Position numbers and translations under genes: made by a program. 64,000 nt of DNA from Chloroflexota bacterium (lineage in GTDB: Bacteria; Chloroflexota; Anaerolineae; B4-G1; DUEL01): assembly GCA_014874475.1 (NCBI GenBank), contig JADBJJ010000027.1, forward strand, positions 95,793 to 159,792, in the 5' to 3' direction. The notes under the pieces are model-generated. The model ran no database searches, was not told where the DNA came from, and saw only the letters and a list, made by a program, of their open reading frames with translations. Positions 17,418 to 26,998 of the stretch are shown piece after piece (positions within the stretch are counted from its first letter, which is position 1; every line of letters begins with the position of its first letter).

Positions 17418-18116
17418 TCATTCGGTCATTTCTTCCGCGCGACGTTCTCCGATGATGCGCCCGTCTCGCATCAGCAGAATCCGGTCGGTGCGGCGGGCCA
17501 CCGATGGGTCGTGGGTGACGATGATGATGGTAGTCTCCAGGTCCCGGTTCAACTCCCGCATCAAGCCCACCACCTCCGCCCCACTCTGAGAGTCCAAATT
17601 CCCGGTGGGTTCGTCGGCCAGGAGCAGGGCGGGACGGTTCGCCAGAGCGCGGGCGATCGCCACCCGCTGCCGCTCCCCGCCCGACATCTGGTTGGGCAGG
17701 TGGTTCATCCGGTCGCGCAAGCCCACCCGCTCCAGCAACTCCTCCGCCCGCCGTCGGCGCTCCCGGCGGCCCACGGGCTGGCCCATCATCGGCACTTCCA
17801 CATTCTCCCGCGCCGTCAGTGTGGGAATCAGGTTGTGCAACTGGAAGACGAAGCCCACCGTCCGGGCGCGAAAGGTATCCAGGTCCCGAATCTGGAGCAG
17901 ATTCTGCCCGTCCACCCAAACCTCCCCACCGGTAGGCCGGTCCAGCGCGCCGAGGATGTGGAGCAGGGTGGACTTCCCGGAGCCAGAGGGCCCCATCACA
18001 GCGACGAACTCGCCCCTGGCCACCGTCATTGTCAGCCGGTCCAGTGCCCGGACCTCCGCGCCGTCTCCGTAGACCTTCACCAGGTCCCGTGCGACAACGA
18101 TCGCATCCCTCTCCAT
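17418..18116 (-). CDS. ABC transporter ATP-binding protein (MacB/LolD/FtsE type).
   Basis: Walker A is GPSGSGKST. The signature LSGGERQR and Walker B LLLADEPT are present. GAGGGGG lies before the ATG. Confidence 0.75.
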   Translation of the reverse strand: MERDAIVVARDLVKVYGDGAEVRALDRLTMTVARGEFVAVMGPSGSGKSTLLHILGALDRPTGGEVWVDGQNLLQIRDLDTFRARTVGFVFQLHNLIPTLTARENVEVPMMGQPVGRRERRRRAEELLERVGLRDRMNHLPNQMSGGERQRVAIARALANRPALLLADEPTGNLDSQSGAEVVGLMRELNRDLETTIIIVTHDPSVARRTDRILLMRDGRIIGERRAEEMTE

Positions 18117-18139
18117 GGCCCCCTCACGTTTGTCACATT

Positions 18140-19246
18140 TCACTTCTCAATATCCACAAACGCCGTCATCCCCCAGCGCAGGGCCGGGTCCGTCTCTTCC
18201 AGCGCGATGATGGCGGTGTAGCGCACCCCACCGGCTCCCGGCTCCGCCATCGGGTAGATGCGCACAATAGTGCCCTCAAAGGCGCGGTCCGCGACGGCAT
18301 CAAAGGTGACCTTCACCTTCTGGCCCACCTGCACCCGCGCCACATCCACCTCGTCCAGGTCGGTGGTCTCCACCTGGAGGGCAGTCAGGTCTCCCAGCGT
18401 CACCAGCGGCTGGCCAGGCGTGACCAGTTCCCCGGTTCGGACGTGGACCCGCCCGACGGTACCCGCAAAGGGGGCGCGGATTTCGCAGCGGCTCAGGGCC
18501 AGTCGCGCCGCTTCCAGCGCGGCGCGGGCGCGCGCCACCTCTGCCTCGGCGATGGCGATTTCCTCTGGTCTCGCCCCCGCCTCCAGGCGCGCCAGCCGTG
18601 CCTGAGCCTGCTGCAGTTGGGCGCGGGCCGCCGCCACGTCGGCGGAGGACGGGCTCAGCAGAGCGTCTAGCCGGGCTTTGGCCACGTTGTAGGCCCCGGT
18701 GGCTTGCTCCAGTTGCAGCGCCTCCGGCCGGGCCCCGATGGCAGGGTCCCACTTCACCGCGTCGTAGGCCGACTGGGCCCGCCGCAGATTGACCTCTGCC
18801 TGGGCCAGTTCCGCCCGCGCGGCCGCTACCAGCACCGGGTCGGGCCGGAGCAGTCTCTGGAGCGCAGCCTGGGCCGTGGCGACGGCCGCTTTCGCCTCCT
18901 CCAGTTCCTCCGGGCGCGGGCCGGCCTTCAATCCATCCAGGCGGGCCTGCGCGGCGGCCAGTGCCGCCTCCGCTTGCTGCACCGCCAGCAGGGCGTCGGC
19001 GGGGTCCAACCGGACCAGCACATCCCCGGCCTGCACCGGGTCGCCAGGGGCCAACCGGACCTCCAGCACCACCCCGCCGGTCTGGGCGCTCAGAGTTGCC
19101 CACACTGCTGGGACCACTTTGCCGCTCACGGAGATGACCGACCCCACCTCCGTCGCGGCCTCCGGGACCGGCGTTGGCGTGGCCTGACCGCAGGCAGAAA
19201 GGAGCAGAACGACCAGAGCCATTGCCATCTTGAGCATCCTGCGCAT
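18140..19246 (-). CDS. HlyD/MacA-type periplasmic adaptor (membrane fusion protein).
   Basis: There is a signal/lipobox (LLSAC). The product has a long Ala/Glu/Leu/Gln-rich coiled-coil and a beta-barrel C-terminus. GGAGGT lies before the start. Confidence 0.7.
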   Translation of the reverse strand: MRRMLKMAMALVVLLLSACGQATPTPVPEAATEVGSVISVSGKVVPAVWATLSAQTGGVVLEVRLAPGDPVQAGDVLVRLDPADALLAVQQAEAALAAAQARLDGLKAGPRPEELEEAKAAVATAQAALQRLLRPDPVLVAAARAELAQAEVNLRRAQSAYDAVKWDPAIGARPEALQLEQATGAYNVAKARLDALLSPSSADVAAARAQLQQAQARLARLEAGARPEEIAIAEAEVARARAALEAARLALSRCEIRAPFAGTVGRVHVRTGELVTPGQPLVTLGDLTALQVETTDLDEVDVARVQVGQKVKVTFDAVADRAFEGTIVRIYPMAEPGAGGVRYTAIIALEETDPALRWGMTAFVDIEK

Positions 19247-19338
19247 CACCGACCTCCAAAATTCACGAATTCACGTTCCACTTTTCACGCTTCACCCTCA
19301 CCCCACGCCCCCGCTTCCATCCCCAGTCGCATCTTCTC

Positions 19339-21573
19339 TCACTCGTATCTCAGCGCTTCCGCCGGACGCATCCGGGTGGCCCGCCAGGCCGGGTAGAGGC
19401 CGCCCAGTGCGCCCGCCACCAGCGAGACAGCCGCGGCCTGCAGGAAGAGCCCCGGTTTGAAAACGGGCATGAAGGCCTGGGCAATCCCCGGCATCCGGGT
19501 GACCCCTGCGGCCAGAAGGATGCCCAGGGCAGTCCCGCAGAGCCCCCCCAGAATTCCCAAGAGGAGCGATTCCCGTAGGATCATTCCCAGCACGTGGCGA
19601 CGCCGCCACCCCAGCGCCCGCAGGACGCCTATCTCACGCGTCCGTTCCAGCACGCTCATCAGCATCGTGTTGAGCATCCCCACCGCGCCAATGAAGACCG
19701 CCAGAAAGGAAATCTGGCCCACCATTTGCCGGAGCACTCGCAGGTCGCTGACCACCTGCTCGGCCTCGGTGGTGAGGGCGAAATCCACCCCCGGGAAGGC
19801 CGCTTTCAACCGGTCCCGCACGGCCTCAGCCTCTTCGGGCCGCTTCAGTTTGATGTAATATATCTGGACCTGGCGGGGCTTTCCAGCGAGCGTCTGGGCC
19901 TCCCGCAGGCTGACGACTGCGCCGATATCCTCGTACGCGACGCCCGTCTCATAGATGCCGACAACGCGGAAAGTGGATTCCTGCAGACGGAGGGTATCTC
20001 CCACCTTCAGGCCCATCTGCTCCGCTGCGCGCCGCCCGACCAGAATCTGGCGCGGCGCCGTGAGTGGGCCGCCCTCCACGATGCGAAAATGGCCCATCAC
20101 AAAACTGCGCGGGTGGTAGCCGGAGAGGATCAGCATGGGGGTCTTCTCGGTGCTGAGCGCGGCGAAAATGACCCCTGCCACCGCCTCCACTTCGGGCAGA
20201 GCGGCGAGGCGGGACCTCACCCGTTCGTCTATCGCGCTGAAGTCGCTATCCACGTTGGCCTGCATAGCGATCAGGTCCACCTGGCTATCCCGCCAGATTT
20301 GGGAGAACATCGCATACATCCCCTCGGCCATACTGCCCAGGGCGACCACCGCTGCGATGCCGATGGCGATGCCCAGCGTGGTCAGCGCGGTGCGCGTTCG
20401 GCGGCGGAGGAGATTCCGGAGCGGCATCCCGCCGGGCAGCGGGCGGGAGACGCGGCCGCCCGCGCCCCCTTCGTAGCGCATCGCCTCCACGGGCTGGAGA
20501 CGGCTGGCCCACCATGCCGGATACGCGCCTCCTACCAGTCCCAGCACTCCCACCGTGACCAGCGCGCGGGAGAAAACGCCCGGCGAGAACTGGCTTCCCC
20601 ACGCGCCGATCCAGCCTCCGGCCCGACGAACCAGCAGGGCCGCCGCCACGCCCAGGACAACGCCCGCCAACCCTCCCAGCAGGGAGAGGACCAGCGACTC
20701 CCGCAGAACCAGGGACACTACCCGACGGCGGCGCCACCCCAGCGCGCGCAGGACGCCTATCTCCGTCGTCCGCTCAAAGACGGACATGAAGAGCGTATTG
20801 GTCATCCCCACCCCGCCGATGACGACTGCCAGCCCGGCGACAGCCATCGCCATCGCGTCTACTGCGCGCACCATATACTCCTGGTCGGCAAACCCCGCTG
20901 TAGCCATAACCGAGAGGTCCGGAAAGCGGCGGGCCATCCGCGCGCGGAACGCGTCGGCCATGCCGGGATCCCGCAGTTTGACATACAGGAGGGTCAACCG
21001 ATGCGGCTGGAGAGTCAACGTCTGGGCATCTTCCAGAGAGACGACAGCGGCAGTGTCTTCCATGTTGCTGCCTGTCTCATAGAGACCGACGACGCGGAAC
21101 GGAACCTGGCCCAAGTAGAGGAGATCGCCCACCGTTCGGTGTAGCCGTTCAGCAGCCTGGCGGCCCAGCAGAAGGGGTCGCCCCCGCCGCACGGACGCCT
21201 GATCCAGCCGTTCCCCCTCCACAATGCGGAACCGGCGGATAGCGAAGCCCCGGGGGTCCAGCCCGAAGCAGAAAAGATACGAGCCGTCATCCAGAATCGT
21301 ATTGGCGAAGACCAGGCCATCCACCGCGGCAACCTCGGGCATAGCCTGCACCTCATCGGCGATAGCCTGGTCCACGCTGCCCAGGATGGCCGTAAGGGTT
21401 CCCGCCTGGGTAATGACCAGGTCGGCCTCTGATCCGCGCGTCATAGACGCAAAGCCCTCCCGGAGACCGCCCGCCACCGCCCCCAGTGCAACAATCGCCG
21501 CCACCCCGATGGCAATCCCGACCAGGGTGAGAATCGTTCGTCCCTTGCGCCGGAAGAGATTCCGCAGCACCAT
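19339..21573 (-). CDS. ABC transporter permease with duplicated FtsX/MacB-like domains.
   Basis: There are two repeats of the 'MVLRNLFRRKGRT…' / 'MPLRNLLRRRTRT…' modules, each with 4 TM helices. Confidence 0.7.
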   Translation of the reverse strand: MVLRNLFRRKGRTILTLVGIAIGVAAIVALGAVAGGLREGFASMTRGSEADLVITQAGTLTAILGSVDQAIADEVQAMPEVAAVDGLVFANTILDDGSYLFCFGLDPRGFAIRRFRIVEGERLDQASVRRGRPLLLGRQAAERLHRTVGDLLYLGQVPFRVVGLYETGSNMEDTAAVVSLEDAQTLTLQPHRLTLLYVKLRDPGMADAFRARMARRFPDLSVMATAGFADQEYMVRAVDAMAMAVAGLAVVIGGVGMTNTLFMSVFERTTEIGVLRALGWRRRRVVSLVLRESLVLSLLGGLAGVVLGVAAALLVRRAGGWIGAWGSQFSPGVFSRALVTVGVLGLVGGAYPAWWASRLQPVEAMRYEGGAGGRVSRPLPGGMPLRNLLRRRTRTALTTLGIAIGIAAVVALGSMAEGMYAMFSQIWRDSQVDLIAMQANVDSDFSAIDERVRSRLAALPEVEAVAGVIFAALSTEKTPMLILSGYHPRSFVMGHFRIVEGGPLTAPRQILVGRRAAEQMGLKVGDTLRLQESTFRVVGIYETGVAYEDIGAVVSLREAQTLAGKPRQVQIYYIKLKRPEEAEAVRDRLKAAFPGVDFALTTEAEQVVSDLRVLRQMVGQISFLAVFIGAVGMLNTMLMSVLERTREIGVLRALGWRRRHVLGMILRESLLLGILGGLCGTALGILLAAGVTRMPGIAQAFMPVFKPGLFLQAAAVSLVAGALGGLYPAWRATRMRPAEALRYE

Positions 21574-21606
21574 ATTGCGTACTCCGTACTCCGTGTCCCG
21601 TGCCCT

Positions 21607-22419
21607 TTATTCCGCGATGTGACTCTCCATTGCCCGGGCGAAGAGTTCCCGGTCCTCCTCGCGGATGATCTCTTCGGCCCGCTCTCCCAGGCAGACCAGA
21701 ATCTGCGGGAGATACGGGTCGGTACGGAGGTGATGCTCGGCAATGAAGACCAGGAGCGGGCTGCAGGTCCAGGACGCCCGGGCCTGGAGAGCCCCCAGTT
21801 GCTCCCCAATCAGGACCTCTTTCTCGTCAATCACCAGGATCAGCCAGAAGCCCTCCACCCGCTCCTGCGCCTCCTCGGATACTGGAGCAACGACCACCTG
21901 ACCGCCGGGCAGGTCTATCGGTCTGGGCGAATAGACCACCACCCGGACGCCCTTGCGGATGGCCTCCAGGAGGGCGGGACGAACTTCAAGGAAAGTGGCC
22001 GGCGTGAGAGAAAGATAAATCTCCTGCTCGGCCTGGCGGATCATCTCCTCCGCCTTGGCGAGAATGTTCTCCCGACCCTCTATGTTCCAGACGTACTCCA
22101 GGTCGGGAGCGACGGCGAGGGAGGAAAGGTCCTGCCGGAGAGCCGCGATGAGGGCCTCGTATTCCCGGTGGAGTTGGTCCAGGAACTCTTCCGGCGGGAT
22201 GGGAGCGTAGCGAACGACTCCCTCCTGCCGGAGGCTCATCACCGCACCGCGCGCGATCAACTTGCCCACCACCTCGTAAATCATGGAACGGGGCACATTG
22301 GAAATTTTGGAGAGTTGGTAACCGGTGACCGGGTTCTCTTGCAGCAAGGCAACATAGGCTTTGGCTTCATACTCTGAAAAACCCAGCGCCATCAGTTGCT
22401 CTATCGGATCACTCCCCAT
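21607..22419 (-). CDS. TrmB-family transcriptional regulator.
   Basis: The N-terminal wHTH is 'LGFSEYEAKAYVALL…GYQLSKISNVPRSMIYEVVGKLIARG'. It lies immediately upstream of the efflux operon. Confidence 0.6.
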   Translation of the reverse strand: MGSDPIEQLMALGFSEYEAKAYVALLQENPVTGYQLSKISNVPRSMIYEVVGKLIARGAVMSLRQEGVVRYAPIPPEEFLDQLHREYEALIAALRQDLSSLAVAPDLEYVWNIEGRENILAKAEEMIRQAEQEIYLSLTPATFLEVRPALLEAIRKGVRVVVYSPRPIDLPGGQVVVAPVSEEAQERVEGFWLILVIDEKEVLIGEQLGALQARASWTCSPLLVFIAEHHLRTDPYLPQILVCLGERAEEIIREEDRELFARAMESHIAE

Positions 22420-22602
22420 TGGACAAGCCCTCCTGCGCCAGACGCGCCTTTAGTAGTTAGCCCAATAACTACGCCAATTATACTCCAATTGAAAATTTTG
22501 TCAAGACCCTTCTCTGCTCTCTACTCGCCCCTGGGAACGCCTGCCCTTTTCCGGACGTCTAAAAAACGTAAATCTATCCCACAGAGATAAGGAGAGCGCA
22601 AA

Positions 22603-23886
22603 ATGAAAACCTCCGTTCCCCTGCTTATTGTCCTGCTTCTGATAAGCCTGGTTACAGGTTGCATCCACCCTGAAGCCCCCCGTATACAGATCGTCCAGGC
22701 GGACGTGGCGCGGGTGACCCAGCCCGATGTCCCCGACCAGGACCTGGCCGAACTGGTCAGTGGCAACAACGGTTTCGCTTTTGATCTGTACCACGCGCTG
22801 CGGGAGAGCCAGGACGGCAATCTCTTCTACTCCCCGCTGAGCATCTCCATCGCTCTGGCGATGGTCTGGGCGGGTGCCCGGGGCGAGACGGAGCGGCAGA
22901 TGGCCGAAACCCTTCATTTCACCCTCCCCCAGACCCGCCTGCATCCCGCTTTCAACGCCCTGGACCTGGAACTGGCCCGACGAGGCCAGGGGGCCCAGGG
23001 CAAGGACAACAAGGGCTTCCGGCTCCACGTCGTTAACGCCCTCTGGGGGCAGAAGGACTACCAGTTCCTCTCCGAATTCTTGGAGACGCTGGCCCGCAAC
23101 TACGACGCCGGGCTGCGGCTGCTGGACTTTGCAGGCGACCCTGAGGCGGCCCGGCGCATCATCAACGACTGGGTCAGCCGGCAGACGGAGGGCCGCATCC
23201 AGGACCTGATCCCGCCGGGAACCATAGACGCCCTAACGCGCCTGGTGCTGACCAACGCCATCTACTTTAACGCCGCATGGGATCAGCCATTTGACCGGCG
23301 GGACACCCGAGATGGCACTTTCTATCTGCTGGACGGGAGCCAGGTTGCCGTGCCGATGATGCGACAGATGGCCAAATACGGCTATGCAGGAGGGGAAGGG
23401 TTTCAGGCAGTGGAGTTGCCCTACGACGGGGGAGAACTGGCGATGGTCATCCTTCTCCCGGACGCGGGCCGGTTTGAGGAGTTTGAGAGATCGCTGAGCG
23501 CCAGCCAGATGGAGGAAATTTTGAGAAGATTGGAGTATCAACGGCTCCATCTCACTATGCCCCGGTTCCGGGTGGAATCGGCCATCGGCCTGAGGGACGT
23601 GCTGGCTGAGATGGGCATGCCTGCCGCTTTTGACCCCGGTCAGGCCGATTTTTCGGGGATGGATGACAGTCGCGACCTCTACATCAGCCACGTCCTGCAC
23701 AAAGCCTTTGTCGTCGTGGATGAGAGTGGCACCGAAGCAGCCGCTGCGACGGCGGTCGTGATCGGCCTGACAAGCCTCCCCTCCCATATGGAGGTCACCG
23801 TGGACCGTCCTTTCATCTTCCTCATCCGTGACCTTCAGACTGGCACGATTTTATTCATCGGGCGGGTCGTCAATCCGGCGCAGTAG
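22603..23886 (+). CDS. Serpin (serine protease inhibitor) with a lipoprotein signal peptide.
   Basis: AAGGAGAG lies before the ATG. A lipobox (LVTGC) is present. The serpin body and the C-terminal 'VDRPFIFLIRD…FIGRVVNP' hinge/signature are present. Confidence 0.75.
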   Translation: MKTSVPLLIVLLLISLVTGCIHPEAPRIQIVQADVARVTQPDVPDQDLAELVSGNNGFAFDLYHALRESQDGNLFYSPLSISIALAMVWAGARGETERQMAETLHFTLPQTRLHPAFNALDLELARRGQGAQGKDNKGFRLHVVNALWGQKDYQFLSEFLETLARNYDAGLRLLDFAGDPEAARRIINDWVSRQTEGRIQDLIPPGTIDALTRLVLTNAIYFNAAWDQPFDRRDTRDGTFYLLDGSQVAVPMMRQMAKYGYAGGEGFQAVELPYDGGELAMVILLPDAGRFEEFERSLSASQMEEILRRLEYQRLHLTMPRFRVESAIGLRDVLAEMGMPAAFDPGQADFSGMDDSRDLYISHVLHKAFVVVDESGTEAAAATAVVIGLTSLPSHMEVTVDRPFIFLIRDLQTGTILFIGRVVNPAQ

Positions 23887-23963
23887 GCACCGGTTGGACA
23901 GGCCCGGGAGAGGCCGCCCGGGTTCTCGGGTATGATTTGTGGCGGCGGTCCACAGCAAACCAG

Positions 23964-24010
23964 GCGGCCTTCTCAGCCGCTGGCTGTGGGTTCAAGTCCC
24001 ACCGGGGATG
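23964..24010 (+). other. tRNA-like 3' fragment: anticodon arm (loop CTTCTCA), variable loop, T-arm GTGGG-TTCAAGT-CCCAC and a 3' acceptor strand. There is no matching D-arm or 5' acceptor.
   Basis: The stem/loop geometry from tRNA position 27 onward is perfect, but the upstream sequence cannot form a D-arm or acceptor stem. Confidence 0.3.
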
Positions 24011-24084
24011 CTGCTGGAGGTCAGGAAAAGGCTGACGAGCCGGAGGATGTTTGGAGGTCGGCGGCGGAGCCGCCGACCCCCAAA

Positions 24085-24723
24085 TTATTTACCCTCAGTG
24101 ATGCGCTCAATAATTATCTCAGCGGCGATCCGGGCCCCGATACCGGGCAGGAGGCTGCACTTTTCAAAACCTTTCGCCGCTGCGAAAGCCGCCATATTCT
24201 CCGGACTGGCTGCCGGGTCCATATAACGACCGAATATCACAGCCTCCTGCAACTCGGGACAGCGGACAAACCCGACTGTCTCCTGGAAGCGGGGCATGAA
24301 TGTTCGCGCAGCCTGAATGGTCGCCCTGGTCGCGTCGTAATTCAGCACGTCCCTGCTGCCGAAGTAAAGGCCCAGAGCAATCAGCCCCCCGGTCACTGCC
24401 CCGCACATCCAGCCGGTCCCGCCGAAGCCGGGGAACGGAGAGAGCCCCTGGATGATTTCCAGATTGCCCAGACCGAATTCCTCCATAAGAGCCAGAGCGG
24501 TCCCTTTCGCACAGTTGCGGGCGAGAAAGTTGTACTCTTCGGCCCGTCGCTGGACCCGGTCCAGGATTTGCTCCCTGTTCGCCAACACCTCATCCGGGTT
24601 GAGCGCCTTCTGGGGAATTCCCGTTTCGGCCATTCTCCGGTATCGGGCGACTATCGCCTCTATATCCCACTCCCTCTCAGCCAGTTCCTGCACCCTGGCC
24701 TTTAGGGATTCGTAGTCTACCAT
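24085..24723 (-). CDS. C_GCAxxG_C_C-family putative redox protein.
   Basis: 'NCAKGTALAL' and 'GWMCGAVTGGLIALG' are the motifs. GGGAGGTGG lies before ATG 24723. Confidence 0.45.
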   Translation of the reverse strand: MVDYESLKARVQELAEREWDIEAIVARYRRMAETGIPQKALNPDEVLANREQILDRVQRRAEEYNFLARNCAKGTALALMEEFGLGNLEIIQGLSPFPGFGGTGWMCGAVTGGLIALGLYFGSRDVLNYDATRATIQAARTFMPRFQETVGFVRCPELQEAVIFGRYMDPAASPENMAAFAAAKGFEKCSLLPGIGARIAAEIIIERITEGK

Positions 24724-24800
24724 CGGCCACCTCCCTGTGTCATCGCAAAATGGGTGTTTTTGAGTCGGCGGCGAAGCCGCTGGCTCCAAAGCAAATATGC

Positions 24801-26903
24801 TTAAATATCTAATAAAATCCGCGCATCCAGGATGTCGTACCCCTTTTCGTAAACGCGAATCGGATTCAGGTCAATTTCCCTGATTTGCGGGTACTGCGCG
24901 GCCAACCGGGATACCCACACCAGCAATTCCGACAAACTCGTAATGTCTTTCGGTTTCTCGCCGCGCATACCCTGCAACACGCGATATCCCCGGGTCTCCT
25001 TGATCATATCCAGTGCGACCTCCTTTTCAAAGGGCGCAACGCGGAAACTCACATCCTTGAACAATTCCACAAATACGCCGCCCATGCCGAACATGATAGT
25101 GGGGCCGAATTGCGGGTCGCGCGTCATTCCGATGATGAACTCAGGGCCCGGCGATGCCATCGGCACAACCAGTGCACCATGAATATCTGCATCGGGAACG
25201 GCACGCCGGACGTCGTCAATCAACTGGTCGTAACCCTGACCGACGGCCTCAGGGCCCCAAAGGTTGAGCCGGACACCGCCAACGTCGCTCTTGTGAATGA
25301 CCTGGGGCGAGACGACCTTCAGGGCAACGGGACCTCCCATTTCCATCGCGGCGCGCTGGGCCTCTTCCCGCGTCTTCGCCAGGACATGCGGCATCACTGC
25401 GATGCTATGGTCAGCAAGGAAATCCAGCGCCTCGGGCTCCAGAAGGTGACGTCCTTCCGCCACCGCGCGCTCAAGAATTGGATGGGTGGCGGCGGGTAAA
25501 TCTGTAAGCGGATACCCTTTGCGGAAGGTCGCCTGAGTCAGAATCGCCAGCGCGCGCACGGCGGCATCCGGCGTGTCAAAGGTCGGGATACCGTTCTCTT
25601 CCAGGTAGCGGCGCGCCTCCACCACAGTTTCGTTGACGGTGAAGCACGCTACGACTGGCTTGTGAAACTCTTTGATGACTGGTACAACGGCCCGCGCGAC
25701 GTCCATCGGAGGGAGGAAAGTGGGCGGAATGCTGTTGAAGACGACCATATCCACGTTGGGGTCTGCGAGGATCAGGCGCATGGCTTCGCCGAATTCCTTC
25801 GCCATCGCAGCAGCAGACGTGTCCACATACCCATTCGGTTTGCAGACCATAGCCATCGGCGGCAGCAGTGCGGTCAGTTTCTCGCACGTCTCCTGGCTCA
25901 TCGGCGCCAGTTTCAGCACGCCGCTGGCCTCCACCTCGTCTGTGCTGATGACCCCCATGCCGCCCGCCTCGGTCAGGATGCACACCCGATTGCCCTGGGG
26001 TTGGGGCAGCATGGAGATGGCCTTGGCGCCGGCGATCAAATCCTGCATAGTGTTCACACGGACGGCGCCGCATTGCTGGAAAGCGCCACTGTATACTGCA
26101 TCCGTACCGGCGAGCGTGGCCGTGTGGGAGAGTGTCGCCCGGGCGCCGCTCTCCGTGCGCCCCACTTTGAGCACGAGCACCGGTTTCTTGTTCGTCACCT
26201 GGTAGGCAACACGCATAAATTCCCGGCCGTCCCTGACTCCCTCCAGATAGACCAGGATCACCTTCACTGCAGGGTCGTTGCCGAACTCCTCCATCACTTC
26301 CACGTTAGAAACATCGCACATGTTCCCGACATGTCCGAAGCGCGCGAAACCCAGCGGTTTGGGCTGGCTGAGGGCTAGGGTCACCAGTGAGCCACCCAGT
26401 GCTCCGCTCTGGGTCACGTAACCAACGTTGCCCGGGACGAGAGTGACCCCCGGATGAAAGCCGGTGACCAGTTTCGTCTCGGGGCTCATAATCCCGATGC
26501 AATTGGGCCCAAACACGCGGATGCCGGAACGGCGAGCAATCTCAGCGAGTTGCCGCTGTGCCTCTACGTTCTCCGGTATTCCGGTTTCTGCGAATCCGGC
26601 AGAGAGCACCACGGCGCCTTTGACATCGCCGCGCTGCTCAGCCTCCTCCATTACGGTGACAGCCGCTTTGCCCGGCAGACAGATTACCACCAGGTCCAGC
26701 GGCTCCTGGATTTCGGCGATGGAACGATAGCATGGCAGCCCCAGGATTTCTTTTTCGTTGGGGTTGACCGGGTAAATCTTGCCCGCATATCCGACGGCGA
26801 GGAGCGTCCGCACGACCTGGTGCCCTGCCTTGAATGGGTCCCTGGATGCGCCGACGACGGCAACGGATTTGGCTTCAAAAATCTCGCGCAGAGAAACAGC
26901 CAT
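24801..26903 (-). CDS. Acyl-CoA / acetyl-CoA synthetase (ADP-forming, NDP-forming type), alpha-beta fusion.
   Basis: The N-terminus is a CoA-binding domain ('KSVAVVGASRDPFKAGHQV') plus a succinyl-CoA-synthetase-like flavodoxin domain. The C-terminus is an ATP-grasp domain. Confidence 0.7.
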   Translation of the reverse strand: MAVSLREIFEAKSVAVVGASRDPFKAGHQVVRTLLAVGYAGKIYPVNPNEKEILGLPCYRSIAEIQEPLDLVVICLPGKAAVTVMEEAEQRGDVKGAVVLSAGFAETGIPENVEAQRQLAEIARRSGIRVFGPNCIGIMSPETKLVTGFHPGVTLVPGNVGYVTQSGALGGSLVTLALSQPKPLGFARFGHVGNMCDVSNVEVMEEFGNDPAVKVILVYLEGVRDGREFMRVAYQVTNKKPVLVLKVGRTESGARATLSHTATLAGTDAVYSGAFQQCGAVRVNTMQDLIAGAKAISMLPQPQGNRVCILTEAGGMGVISTDEVEASGVLKLAPMSQETCEKLTALLPPMAMVCKPNGYVDTSAAAMAKEFGEAMRLILADPNVDMVVFNSIPPTFLPPMDVARAVVPVIKEFHKPVVACFTVNETVVEARRYLEENGIPTFDTPDAAVRALAILTQATFRKGYPLTDLPAATHPILERAVAEGRHLLEPEALDFLADHSIAVMPHVLAKTREEAQRAAMEMGGPVALKVVSPQVIHKSDVGGVRLNLWGPEAVGQGYDQLIDDVRRAVPDADIHGALVVPMASPGPEFIIGMTRDPQFGPTIMFGMGGVFVELFKDVSFRVAPFEKEVALDMIKETRGYRVLQGMRGEKPKDITSLSELLVWVSRLAAQYPQIREIDLNPIRVYEKGYDILDARILLDI

Positions 26904-26998
26904 TGCAGTTCTATCCTCTGGTGGATTTTTGTGACGAAAGGAGCGCAGGCCGTCGGCCTGGATGCGGACCTGGCGGCCTGCGCTATGCAATCATCCGC

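Noticed and set aside
18300-19259. Many long GC-rich ORFs overlapping or antisense to real genes. Examples are the Arg/Gly/Pro-rich 319-aa frame at 18300-19259, the frames at 13243-13959 and 13892-14677, 19594-21144, and 15719-16273.
   Set aside because: They are high-GC frame artefacts with low-complexity R/G/P-rich translations. They fully overlap well-supported genes on the other strand or frame, and they lack an RBS.
22498-22511. An exact 14-mer TTGTCAAGACCCTT shared between 22498 and 60403, a possible regulatory motif.
   Set aside because: At this window size several exact 14-mer coincidences are expected by chance (about 2e9 pairs against 2.7e8 possible 14-mers). There is no extended similarity around it.
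23930-24012. A full-length tRNA gene.
   Set aside because: Only the 3' two-thirds folds. No D-arm or 5' acceptor strand complementary to CGGGGAT is present upstream, and position 37 of the loop is C. It is reported as a fragment only.
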